63,198 nt of DNA from a virus (taxonomy: Duplodnaviria; Caudoviricetes). Where the stretch lies: positions 1 through 63,198 of the IMG/VR virus record IMGVR_UViG_3300037485_001078, one strand, 5' to 3'. The notes below the pieces were generated by a model. It saw only the letters and a list, made by a program, of their open reading frames with translations. It searched no databases and was not told the DNA's origin. The position numbers and the translations under genes are program-made. Position 1 is the first letter of the stretch. Each line of letters starts with the position of its first letter. Shown one piece after another: positions 28,704 to 38,155 of this stretch.

Positions 28704-28738
28704 AGATGGGAGTTTAGGATTTTCCTAGACTCCTATCT
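28704..28738 (+). terminator. stem-loop after capsid gene
   Basis: AGATGGGAGTTTAGGA/TCCTAGACTCCTATCT. Confidence 0.6.
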
Positions 28739-28761
28739 AGTTAGCCTATATCAATAATGCC

Positions 28762-29013
28762 ATGTCTAACATTCCTTCATCCCTCGACACCGCAACGTTC
28801 CGTCACCTCGTACTGGATGACCTGAACAACATCACGGCACTCAATGCTGGATTCTCCATACCTCCGTACGACGATGTCGTGATGGCATACGCAGACGCTG
28901 GATTCCCAACGAAGCCAACGACGATAACTTTCAAGCAAGGCGCAACGACTGTTTATGTTCTTCTCCTCACTTACGATGTGAATGGAGCCACAACTCGAGT
29001 AGTGCAGGGTTAA
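28762..29013 (+). CDS. small putative virion protein
   Basis: Beta-rich sequence; position. Confidence 0.6.
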   Translation: MSNIPSSLDTATFRHLVLDDLNNITALNAGFSIPPYDDVVMAYADAGFPTKPTTITFKQGATTVYVLLLTYDVNGATTRVVQG

Positions 29014-29024
29014 TTTCTTAGCAC

Positions 29025-29831
29025 ATGGCTAACTTATACTGGAAAAACTCTGGATCTGGCGCGTGGGAAGACGCTGGCAACTGGTGGACAAATGCTGCGG
29101 CAACTGCACCAGCAGCGAATGCGCCTTGGGTGGACGGCGTTGATTCAATCTACCTTGCATATAATTTGACTCTGGCGACCGTATCGCCAACCCCACCAGT
29201 GATTGATGGGCTGTTCAGCTTTTTTGGTTACGGAACAGGCGCAACAGGAGTGTGCGATATTTCTGGAATATCTTGCGGCCCACTACCCACGATAAACGGA
29301 GGCACATGGACTGGAAGCGGTTTTACAAGCGGGGGATTTGGAATATATGGCGGCACATTTACTGGCAGCGGTTTTACAAATAACACATCTATTTACCTCG
29401 GCACGTTTACTGGAGCCGGATTTTCCCACAATGGCGGAACCATCTACAACGGAACATTTACTGGAGCCGGATTTTCTTACAATTCCGGATTCATCTTCAA
29501 CGGAACATTTACTGGCGATGGATTTACACAAAACGCCGACATAAATGGAGGGACATTTAGCGGAACTAATTTTACGTCTTCTGGAGGCGCGATCACTGCA
29601 GGAACATTTTCTGGGGCTGGTTTTTTCATGAATCAATATCCTGCCAACCTTAGAGGTGGCACGTTTTTGAAAGACGCAGTTTCAGTCTCGACGGATAGCA
29701 CCAACACCTACCTAACGATGGTTGGCGGAGGCTATCAAATAAAATTTGGCTACCCAACGCCAGCAGCTCCGCCCGCTTCCGACCAAACGATTGCCCGACT
29801 CCTCAACCTACCTTGGTTCATCAACCTCTAA
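29025..29831 (+). CDS. beta-solenoid repeat protein (GTFTGxGF repeats)
   Basis: About 8 repeats of 15-17 aa. Confidence 0.7.
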   Translation: MANLYWKNSGSGAWEDAGNWWTNAAATAPAANAPWVDGVDSIYLAYNLTLATVSPTPPVIDGLFSFFGYGTGATGVCDISGISCGPLPTINGGTWTGSGFTSGGFGIYGGTFTGSGFTNNTSIYLGTFTGAGFSHNGGTIYNGTFTGAGFSYNSGFIFNGTFTGDGFTQNADINGGTFSGTNFTSSGGAITAGTFSGAGFFMNQYPANLRGGTFLKDAVSVSTDSTNTYLTMVGGGYQIKFGYPTPAAPPASDQTIARLLNLPWFINL

Positions 29832-29924
29832 ACTTTTGACCGACGAAAATGAAGAGGCATTAGCCAAACATTAATCGAAGGCAAACCACCAGAAGTCTAA
29901 CTGCCCAAAACAGACAAATATACC

Positions 29925-30140
29925 ATGTCCAACCCAACTCCAGTAACCCTTACTCCCGTCTCTCAACCCACACAGGCTCGCGCAACCCTCACCGCCGCTG
30001 ATGTCACCGCCTTCCAAGCCCTGCTTGCTGGCTCTGGCCTTATCGCCCTTCCAGAAGGCAAGACTGCCGCCGATATTCAGCAGTTCCTTGTGAACGTCCA
30101 GCCTAACGGCGGGGGCTTTCTACAGGTTTCGATCAAGTAA
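29925..30140 (+). CDS. hypothetical protein
   Basis: ORF with ATACCATG start context. Confidence 0.6.
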   Translation: MSNPTPVTLTPVSQPTQARATLTAADVTAFQALLAGSGLIALPEGKTAADIQQFLVNVQPNGGGFLQVSIK

Positions 30141-30144
30141 AGCT

Positions 30145-30327
30145 ATGAGCAGCCCCGCTCCAACAACTTCTGATAGTGGAGCGGGTGCTGTCAGTGCTCT
30201 TGTCTCTCTCATCACATTGGTGTGTTCGTTCTTTGATTCCCCGCACGTGTGGCTTCAGAACATCACGCTTCTAATTTCAGTCACCGCAGGTGTCATAGCG
30301 ATCTGTACAGCCACAAAGAAAAAATGA
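30145..30327 (+). CDS. small two-TM protein, holin candidate
   Basis: Two hydrophobic segments and a basic tail; lysis cluster. Confidence 0.5.
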   Translation: MSSPAPTTSDSGAGAVSALVSLITLVCSFFDSPHVWLQNITLLISVTAGVIAICTATKKK

Positions 30328-30689
30328 AAAAACTTCTTATTGTATTAGCATCCATACTTCTTATTGGATGTGCTCATAAGGATAGTGTTTCTTATTCCGC
30401 ACCCTCCGTAGTTGCCGTTAAAACAGGTGTAGAGAAACTACGCCAGTATGTACGCCCAGAGGGACAACTAGCAGTTAAGGAGCTCTCTGATGCGATTACG
30501 ACCTATCAGAAGCAGGTGGACGATCAGTCTTCGGCTTTAGCAAAGGCACAGAACGATGTTGTCTATTGGCATGAGAAGCAAATCAAGGCACTAAAGGAAC
30601 TTTGGCTCTGGAGGGGCATCGCAATCCTTTCAATCGTCTGCGTTGTGGGATACATTGGGATTAAAACCTCATGGAAATTCCTCGTCTAA
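30324..30689 (+). CDS. lipoprotein, candidate unimolecular spanin
   Basis: MKKLLIVLASILLIGC lipobox plus C-terminal TM helix. Confidence 0.6.
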   Translation: MKKLLIVLASILLIGCAHKDSVSYSAPSVVAVKTGVEKLRQYVRPEGQLAVKELSDAITTYQKQVDDQSSALAKAQNDVVYWHEKQIKALKELWLWRGIAILSIVCVVGYIGIKTSWKFLV

Positions 30690-31006
30690 ATAAAGTTGTT
30701 TCTCAGAGGCTTATTGTTTCTCTTGTCGGTATCGGTTTAATTCAAGCCTCGTGGAGGTGGGCGGTGGCGCATCTCTACACCCTGCCAGATCCAGCATTAG
30801 CGGGGTTCGTGACTATTACGACGAACGCCATGTACGTGACTGGAGCTATCGTTGTCTTCATGGTGACTGGCAGAATGGTTTACGACTGGAAGATGGGAAC
30901 AAGCCAAGTGCAAGAGGTCGTTTCTACCATTACAAAAATCAAACAAGACATATCTGAAAAGATTACGCACAACGCCAAGGAGGACGACTATGAAACCTCC
31001 ATCTAA
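30671..31006 (+). CDS. membrane protein, holin candidate
   Basis: Two hydrophobic segments; directly precedes the endolysin. Confidence 0.5.
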   Translation: MEIPRLNKVVSQRLIVSLVGIGLIQASWRWAVAHLYTLPDPALAGFVTITTNAMYVTGAIVVFMVTGRMVYDWKMGTSQVQEVVSTITKIKQDISEKITHNAKEDDYETSI

Positions 31007-31601
31007 GTTGGCTTTAGACCTGATATTTGAGTACGAAGTCGGTGGTGGCGAGCAGTACTACAACAAGTTCCTGAAACGTTTCACGTGGCCGGGTGGCGCG
31101 TCTGGCCCAACGATTGGAATTGGAATTGACTGCGCGTATTATACCGCAAAGGAACTGGCTAGCCTTTTTTCTTATCTACCCCTCCAGAAACGCAAGCTGG
31201 TTGAAGCTGCAAGCGGAAAAACTGGACTTGCTGGGAAGGAGTATACAAAAGTTTTACGCAACGAGGGGATTGAGATGTCGTGGGAGCAGTCCCAGAAGAT
31301 ATTTATGTACACCACGTGGCCAAAGTTTGCGGCCATAACGGACAAGACATTCCCACGTGCCGACGAGCTCTGTGACTCAGCCTACGGGGCGCTTGTGTCG
31401 CTTGTATTTAATCGCGGCGGCAGTCTTTCTGGGCCGTCACGAGTGGAGATGCGATCTATCCGAGATCTTGTGCCATTGAAAAATTATAACGCGATCGCCA
31501 AGGAAATAAGGCAGATGAAGCGTCTGTGGGAGGGGAAAAACATGGAAGGTTTATTGCGAAGACGGGACGCGGAAGCTAATCTAGTCGCTTCGTGTGCCTA
31601 A
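30990..31601 (+). CDS. endolysin, lysozyme-like
   Basis: YEVGG, SGPTIGIGID, ALVSLVFNRG and GLLRRRDAE motifs. Confidence 0.85.
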   Translation: MKPPSKLALDLIFEYEVGGGEQYYNKFLKRFTWPGGASGPTIGIGIDCAYYTAKELASLFSYLPLQKRKLVEAASGKTGLAGKEYTKVLRNEGIEMSWEQSQKIFMYTTWPKFAAITDKTFPRADELCDSAYGALVSLVFNRGGSLSGPSRVEMRSIRDLVPLKNYNAIAKEIRQMKRLWEGKNMEGLLRRRDAEANLVASCA

Positions 31602-31613
31602 AATTTAATTACT

Positions 31614-31850
31614 ATGTCCAAAAAATATAACGACAAGGCGGAGGTCATCAACAAAGCGATCACCTTCATCACAGAATTTTTAGACAATGCGAACGTGTCG
31701 GTCTTTGTGAACTGGGTAGAAGATGGTGAGACTCATCGGGCGGAAATACTGCGAGGAAATCAATTCGCAATTAAGGGGCAGATAGAAAAGTGGGCGTGTG
31801 AAAACCTTAATGAAGTAAGCGACGGCTACCTCTCAAAAGAAGATGAATAA
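31614..31850 (+). CDS. hypothetical protein
   Basis: ORF track; tight packing. Confidence 0.6.
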   Translation: MSKKYNDKAEVINKAITFITEFLDNANVSVFVNWVEDGETHRAEILRGNQFAIKGQIEKWACENLNEVSDGYLSKEDE

Positions 31851-32394
31851 AAAACTAAAGTATGGAGATACCAGAAAAGATGGGTATCGCTTTGGTGGAA
31901 GCAGCACCGTTACCAACAAGTCAGGAGAAAAGAAGAAAATTGAAAAGTGGTACTCCCCAACCTCCTTTTTGAAGCTGGTCAAAGCCTCAAGAACGGCCAC
32001 AAACAGACTTAGAAGGGAGAATCCAGAGAAGTACCGCAAGCAGGCTAGGGACTACAAGGAGGCAAACAAGGAAAAGTACCGAAGTGGTCGCTTAAAACGG
32101 GAATTTGGGATAAGTATCGAAGACTACAACAAAAAACTAAAGCGTCAGGGGGATGGGTGTGCCATTTGCAAGAAGAAATGTGCCTCTGGCAACCATTTAT
32201 CTGTGGATCACTGCCATTCTAGCGGCTTTATCCGTGGTCTCCTATGCAACAAGTGCAATTTGGGCCTTGGACTCTTCAAGGATGACATTATCTTACTTGT
32301 AGAAGCCAAAAAGTACTTGGTAAAACACAAAAAGTTGTCATGCATAAAACAAAAAAAGTCTGCATCCAGATCTCAGGCAAAAAGTGGACGATAG
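31843..32394 (+). CDS. endonuclease VII-like (homing) endonuclease
   Basis: CAIC...LSVDHCH..G.IRGLLCNKCN.GLG. Confidence 0.88.
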   Translation: MNKKLKYGDTRKDGYRFGGSSTVTNKSGEKKKIEKWYSPTSFLKLVKASRTATNRLRRENPEKYRKQARDYKEANKEKYRSGRLKREFGISIEDYNKKLKRQGDGCAICKKKCASGNHLSVDHCHSSGFIRGLLCNKCNLGLGLFKDDIILLVEAKKYLVKHKKLSCIKQKKSASRSQAKSGR

Positions 32395-32621
32395 AGTTCG
32401 GGAACCCGGGCAAGACTGGCGGAATCTCCGACGACGCCGTGTGTCTCTACAACGAACGCAGGATTATTCTACGCAGAAAGGCGAAGGGAAGTGTTTTGAA
32501 TTGCACCGCACACGAAATAATCCACGCGAGGTGCCCAGATCTTGACGAGAGCGCAGTCCACGACTGCGGAGACCTCATAGATGAAGCCATGAACAAGATC
32601 CTAGAAAATCTAGTCAATTAG
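32340..32621 (+). CDS. small HExxH zincin-like protein
   Basis: AHEIIHA motif. Confidence 0.6.
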   Translation: MHKTKKVCIQISGKKWTIEFGNPGKTGGISDDAVCLYNERRIILRRKAKGSVLNCTAHEIIHARCPDLDESAVHDCGDLIDEAMNKILENLVN

Positions 32622-32669
32622 CGTTTTTCATCTTTACACCTTGTCTTACTAACCCTACTTTCTTCATCT

Positions 32670-33926
32670 ATGAGCTGCGATTGTAATTCTACCAACGCGT
32701 ACGGAAACGTTTGCCGTCAGGACATTCCATACCCAAACATCTCTCACGAGTCGGTTCCATCCATGATGGACAACTTGATCTCTTCTCTGTATGGAGTCAT
32801 CGAGAAGACCGTCGTGAACGGACGCATTGTATGGGTTATCCCCTGCGATCCAGTCACCTCTCCCGGTGAAATTGCTTGGCTCCCACGTGAAGATGGAGAG
32901 GGGCTTCTGTGCTACATCTTGCGAGCATTCAATGACGTGTTCCCAGCCGCAGTCACACTTACTGGCGTCCAAACACTCACCAACAAGACTCTCACTGCTC
33001 CCGTAATCAATGCTCCCACAGGCATCCTTGCAAGCGACATTGCTTCAGGTGCTTTTGGAGCTGGAGTTACCCTCGCTGGAACTCAACTCACTGGAACGGT
33101 TCCAAACGCAAGGACTACGGGTACAAACTTGAATAGTCCAGTCACCTTGGTTCTTAGGGACTCAGTCGGAGACTTTGCCGCTGGAGTTATCTCGGCAGAT
33201 CTTCTTGGTGATGTGACTGGTACCATCACAGGAAATGTCACTGGAAACGTCACTGGCAACGTCACTGGCAACGTCACTGGAAACCTTACTGGCAACGCCG
33301 CTACCGCGACCTACGCAACTACTTCAGGTTCTTCCACGACCGCTTCCTCTGTAACAAATCTTTTGGGTGGCGCTACTGGATCTCTGCCATTTCAATCTGG
33401 TGCTGGAACTACCTCGTTCCTTGCTGCTGGAACGGTTGGAAAAATCCTAGTCCAAAATTCAGGATCACCTATTTGGGCAACTGATTACAAAGGGACTACC
33501 ACCAACGATAACGCGCCCGCCGGGTATGTTGGAGAATATATCTCCGCAGCGGTTGCGCTTGCCTCCGCAATAACTCTTACCACAGCAACCGTTGTAGATG
33601 TCACTTCAATCTCTCTAACTGCTGGAGACTGGGACGTCTTTGGAACAGGTGATTTTACCCTTTCCGGTGTTACATCTACGGTTGGAACATATAATTATAT
33701 TGCAGGAGTAAGCACGACTTCCGCCACTCTTGGGATTGAAGAGGCTTTCTTCAACGTTCCCCTTGATATTTCAAACAAGACTGGTGCTTTTAGTAATTCT
33801 CTACCCAAAACTCGTATTTCAATTGCGTCCACAACGACTGTGTACCTAGTCGCAAGAGCCACCTTCACTGGTGGTGGCGCTGTTGTTAAGGCGTTTGGAA
33901 CAATCAAAGCTCGTCGCGTCCGATAA
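32670..33926 (+). CDS. tail fibre-like protein
   Basis: TQTLTNKTL-like motif, (GNVT)n repeats, Cys-rich N-terminus. Confidence 0.7.
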   Translation: MSCDCNSTNAYGNVCRQDIPYPNISHESVPSMMDNLISSLYGVIEKTVVNGRIVWVIPCDPVTSPGEIAWLPREDGEGLLCYILRAFNDVFPAAVTLTGVQTLTNKTLTAPVINAPTGILASDIASGAFGAGVTLAGTQLTGTVPNARTTGTNLNSPVTLVLRDSVGDFAAGVISADLLGDVTGTITGNVTGNVTGNVTGNVTGNLTGNAATATYATTSGSSTTASSVTNLLGGATGSLPFQSGAGTTSFLAAGTVGKILVQNSGSPIWATDYKGTTTNDNAPAGYVGEYISAAVALASAITLTTATVVDVTSISLTAGDWDVFGTGDFTLSGVTSTVGTYNYIAGVSTTSATLGIEEAFFNVPLDISNKTGAFSNSLPKTRISIASTTTVYLVARATFTGGGAVVKAFGTIKARRVR

Positions 33927-33938
33927 CTTTTTAATTTT

Positions 33939-34352
33939 ATGTCCTACTCATCCAACCCAGTAAAACTCCCAGAAGGTTTCCATGACCTTGGGGAAAAAAT
34001 CAAACCCCTCGGCATGATGGAGACCGAGATAGAGGTAGAGGAGACCGAAAAAGAGGAAGTCGAAGAAGAGGTTCACTACCCATCTTTGTTTTTCTCGCAT
34101 GCCCCAGAGGGATTGAAGAACCTTCCACAAGCTGGAACTGCAACTATCCACTTCAAAAAGGTAATGGAACGCACCACGAAAGAAGAACGTGATGGAAAGA
34201 ATGTCACCAACTACTGCCTTGAACTTGAGATCCATGGCATCAAGCCATCTGGAAAGTCCGAGATCGATACTAAAGAAGTTGAACCTAACGATGAGGACGC
34301 CATCGAGAAGGGTTTAGAAGATGCGTCAGAAGAAACCTCAACCGAAGACTAA
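33939..34352 (+). CDS. acidic hypothetical protein
   Basis: ORF track. Confidence 0.65.
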   Translation: MSYSSNPVKLPEGFHDLGEKIKPLGMMETEIEVEETEKEEVEEEVHYPSLFFSHAPEGLKNLPQAGTATIHFKKVMERTTKEERDGKNVTNYCLELEIHGIKPSGKSEIDTKEVEPNDEDAIEKGLEDASEETSTED

Positions 34353-34356
34353 TACC

Positions 34357-34686
34357 ATGCCCTCAGATCCATCCATGCCCCCTACGGAGGCTCCTACTCC
34401 CTCTCCTATCCCAGCTGGCATGCCAGAGGGCATCCCCGCGCCAATGGACGGCGGTTCTGTAATGATGCAGATGCCAAAGGGAGCTTTTGACACGATCCGA
34501 GACATCGTTAGGCAACTTGCAACTGCTTTGGAGCAGGCTGGTAACCAAGTTGATTCTGAAGCAGCTCAATCCGAAGCCCCTGTCCCAGATGGAATGCTAC
34601 CAGCAGAAGTTCCTGCTGAAATGATTTCTGCTGATGACCAAGATCTCGCAAATTTTGCTCAAGAGCTAAACAATCGCGGGGCGTAA
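34357..34686 (+). CDS. Pro/acidic hypothetical protein
   Basis: ATACCATG start context. Confidence 0.6.
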   Translation: MPSDPSMPPTEAPTPSPIPAGMPEGIPAPMDGGSVMMQMPKGAFDTIRDIVRQLATALEQAGNQVDSEAAQSEAPVPDGMLPAEVPAEMISADDQDLANFAQELNNRGA

Positions 34687-34698
34687 AATTTAAAAATT

Positions 34699-37600
34699 AT
34701 GTTCGTCTCAGAAATCTTTAGCGAGGCTGCTGAGATTCTAGGAACTACCGACCAAGAGAGGGTATTCCGAAAGTTGACTCAAGCGGTGCAGGCCCTCATG
34801 GAGAGTGGAAATTGGTTCCACACTACCCGTGAGGTCGATGTCTGTACTGGATGGGACGGGTTCACCGTCACCCTTCCAAAAGACATTGAAGTGCCGTTGG
34901 CAATCAATGTCGATGGGTCTCCCATGTACTTTCGCGGGAAACTTTTTCAGTACCACGTAAACCAAGGCGGTAGATTTGAGTCTGTAAATTGGGCTTGGGA
35001 CGACCGAGGATTTGTCGCTACCCAGATGGACATTCGCCAGCCTGCTCAAGTGATTGCTGTAGCCGAAAGCGATGCTGATGTTGGTGCAACACTTCGACTT
35101 GTAGGAACTAATCAATGGAATCGCGATCTGCGATCTCAAACAGCCGATGGAATTGGAGTCGATGGAATCATAATTCCTGTGCATAGTCTCAGTGACTTTG
35201 CACGTGGAACGATCGCACCAGATGGAAATACAATTGCAACACGCGATGTTGCTGTCACTCCAATCACCGATTTTGTTTCTTCCTCTCCACACCAACTCAA
35301 CTCTGGACAAGGAGTGATCCTGTCTACGGTTAGCGGAACCACTCCAACTGGAATTACTGATTCCAACCAATACTTTGTTGGAGTCGTAAACCCTACCACG
35401 ATCCAACTCTACAACGATCCGTTGTACGCACAGAGTGGAACATATCCCATCGCCCTCTCAAGCATCGCTGGAGCAGGAACACTTCGAGTTACCGACCAGA
35501 GAAATGTAAGACTAATTACAACGGTTGAGTTAGCCGCTGCTCCCATTATTACTTTGCAGACTGGCAACGAGGTTACCTTCACTGGGACGCTACCAAGTCC
35601 ATTGATAGCTAATGCGATCTACTTCGTAAATGTTGTGGACTCGACCAACTTGCAAATCTTTGAGACACTTGCTGACGCGCAGGCAAACATCAACCCCGTC
35701 TACCTTACAGGAACCATGGGTTCGTTCTTCATCTATCTCAGAAAGCCGATTGCCCCGGTAACACAGCTCACCTTCACAGTCCCTCACTACTACTCCACGG
35801 GTGACCTAGTGCAGGCAAACTCCAATGGTGGAACCCTTCCGTCCCCCCTAGTTCTTTCACAGAACTACTACGTGTACGTGATCGATGCACTTACTATCAC
35901 TCTCCACGTAAACAATACCGACGCCATAACTGGAAGTAACCCGATAATTCTAACCTCTGCAGGGTCAGGCCAGAATTCGTTGGACAAGTTGATTCCAGCA
36001 ACCGCTGTAATTGGAAACACAAATAACATTCTTGCCAGCAACGTTGGTCTGATCCCAGCAACTGGATCTGGAGCTGTTGTCACAGCGCGAGTCGCAGGCC
36101 CAGTCACAACCGCAACCGTAACGGTAGCTGGCTCTGGGTACACAAGCGCTCCAAGTGTTGCCTTCGATAGTGTTGGCGGAACTGGGTACGTATCGACTCC
36201 AAGTGTTCAGTTCGTTGGTGGAGCGGGAATTGGTGCAGTGTTCACAGCAAACATCGCTGGCGGGAAAATCACTTCATTCACACAAGTCTCTGGTGGCTCA
36301 GGATACACATTTGCGCCAGAAGTAGTCATAACTGGAGGAAGTGGATTCGGTGCTGCTGCTCACGCTATCGTCACGTCGGGAGCCATTAGTTCCTTGGTTC
36401 TTGACCCCGTCGGAACAGGAGTCACCGCACACGCACTCTTCAACTCTGGCTCTGGGCAAGTCACAAATGTTGTTATCGACAACCCCGGTACTGGGTACGA
36501 ATTCCCCCCAAGAGTCACTCTCTCTGGTGGCGGCGGTGCAAATGCTGCAGCAACCGTAGCAATCACAACATCTTTCGTTACGGGATACACCGTCGTAAAT
36601 GGTGGATCTGGATACACTTACCCACCTGCCGTTTCAATCGTAGGTGGCGGTGGAACTGGTGCATCTGCAACGGCAAACGTTCAGAGTGGAGTGGTAGTCT
36701 CCCTAACTGTGGTAGCCAACGGAACTGGGTACGCAGCAGCGCCCGGAGTCAATTTGATTCCATCAACGGGTGCCTTCGTTCAATTCTCTAGCACTGGCAC
36801 CCTACCAGCACCACTTGTTCAAGGCACAACGTACCGGGCGGAAGCGCCTCTCTCTGCCAATGGATTCACCGTTGTTGGCGCTGATTTCTCTCCTGTAAAC
36901 ATCAATTCCCTTGGTTCTGGCACTCTGTATGTCGTTATCGCTCGAGCATTTGGTGTTTCCTTCACAAACGAGTGGACTGGCGACTTCTCAACAACCCCAA
37001 CAGGGACAGCAATCTATTTTGGGTCTGATTACCTCTTGCCAATCACTTCTCCTGCAATCGATTCGAGCACAGAGTTCTGGTTGCGTAAGATTAGCAACAC
37101 GACCGCCACTGTATACGACACCGAGGCACATGCCAACGCTGGAGGCACAACAGGCAAAATAACAGTCACTGCCTTTGGTTCTGGTCAATCCTACTTCGCC
37201 ATCAAACAAGCTGCATCTGCCAATCCTCATGCCAATCAGGTGTCAATCGATACGGTTCAATACCTAAAGGATGACCAGACGGTACGTTTCAATACTACAG
37301 GAACCTTTCCAGCACCTCTTCTGGCAAATACAGATTACACAATTAGGATTGTTGAGTCCAACGTCGCAATATATCGACTTGGACTTCTTGTTGATTTCAC
37401 AAGTATTGGTGTCGGTCAGTTGAAGTTGACTGTAGCGCGTGATTTCACCGTTGTTCCGGCTACCACATTAACTCTTACCAATGCTTTTTTTGATACGGGG
37501 ACGGAAGTGATTCCTCGCGCCAACGAGGGTGACAGTCTGCCAACCCCGTTAGTCCCCGCAACCGCTTATTTCGTAAGGTTCTACGACAAAAACGAAATTG

Positions 37601-38151
37601 AATTGTACGACACCTTTGCTCATTCCACTGGCACAGGCACTACAGGTAGGGTTTCCTATACAAACACTGGTGACACCCTCACTAGCACCTTTGTTGTGGA
37701 TGCAATTAAGGATCTCACTCTGGTAAAGGCAATCTATCATGTCGAAAAACCGATTACACAGGGTTATATTAGCCTCTACGCATACGATTATGGCCGCAGC
37801 AACGACATGACATTGATCGGTCAATATCATCCGACCGAAGTGAACCCCATGTATCGCCGCGTACGACTTGGATCAGCATGCTCATGGGCTAGAATTCTCT
37901 ATCGAGTCAAAGCACCGAGAATAACTAGTATGTACGACTACATCCCAGTTGAGCAGGAACGTGCTTTGATTGCTGCTGTTCACGCTGCTGATCTTGAGGA
38001 CAAGGATTTCATGGAGCAGGCTGCAAAGTACTGGACGATGGCGCTTAACTACCTAAAGAATCAACAGAACAGCATGGATGGACACGCCTTTACACCACCA
38101 CAAATCAATAATATTACTTACGGAGATGGCACAGATCCTGTGATGTTCTAG
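34699..38151 (+). CDS. virion structural protein; probable head-tail adaptor with large repeat insertion
   Basis: Helical termini flank 7 LP.PL...Y.V repeats and 6 G[ST]GY...P.V repeats; precedes the nozzle-like gene. Confidence 0.6.
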   Translation: MFVSEIFSEAAEILGTTDQERVFRKLTQAVQALMESGNWFHTTREVDVCTGWDGFTVTLPKDIEVPLAINVDGSPMYFRGKLFQYHVNQGGRFESVNWAWDDRGFVATQMDIRQPAQVIAVAESDADVGATLRLVGTNQWNRDLRSQTADGIGVDGIIIPVHSLSDFARGTIAPDGNTIATRDVAVTPITDFVSSSPHQLNSGQGVILSTVSGTTPTGITDSNQYFVGVVNPTTIQLYNDPLYAQSGTYPIALSSIAGAGTLRVTDQRNVRLITTVELAAAPIITLQTGNEVTFTGTLPSPLIANAIYFVNVVDSTNLQIFETLADAQANINPVYLTGTMGSFFIYLRKPIAPVTQLTFTVPHYYSTGDLVQANSNGGTLPSPLVLSQNYYVYVIDALTITLHVNNTDAITGSNPIILTSAGSGQNSLDKLIPATAVIGNTNNILASNVGLIPATGSGAVVTARVAGPVTTATVTVAGSGYTSAPSVAFDSVGGTGYVSTPSVQFVGGAGIGAVFTANIAGGKITSFTQVSGGSGYTFAPEVVITGGSGFGAAAHAIVTSGAISSLVLDPVGTGVTAHALFNSGSGQVTNVVIDNPGTGYEFPPRVTLSGGGGANAAATVAITTSFVTGYTVVNGGSGYTYPPAVSIVGGGGTGASATANVQSGVVVSLTVVANGTGYAAAPGVNLIPSTGAFVQFSSTGTLPAPLVQGTTYRAEAPLSANGFTVVGADFSPVNINSLGSGTLYVVIARAFGVSFTNEWTGDFSTTPTGTAIYFGSDYLLPITSPAIDSSTEFWLRKISNTTATVYDTEAHANAGGTTGKITVTAFGSGQSYFAIKQAASANPHANQVSIDTVQYLKDDQTVRFNTTGTFPAPLLANTDYTIRIVESNVAIYRLGLLVDFTSIGVGQLKLTVARDFTVVPATTLTLTNAFFDTGTEVIPRANEGDSLPTPLVPATAYFVRFYDKNEIELYDTFAHSTGTGTTGRVSYTNTGDTLTSTFVVDAIKDLTLVKAIYHVEKPITQGYISLYAYDYGRSNDMTLIGQYHPTEVNPMYRRVRLGSACSWARILYRVKAPRITSMYDYIPVEQERALIAAVHAADLEDKDFMEQAAKYWTMALNYLKNQQNSMDGHAFTPPQINNITYGDGTDPVMF

Positions 38152-38155
38152 TCCT

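Noticed and set aside
33232-33298. 12-bp repeat as a regulatory element
   Set aside because: It encodes GNVT repeats typical of tail fibres.
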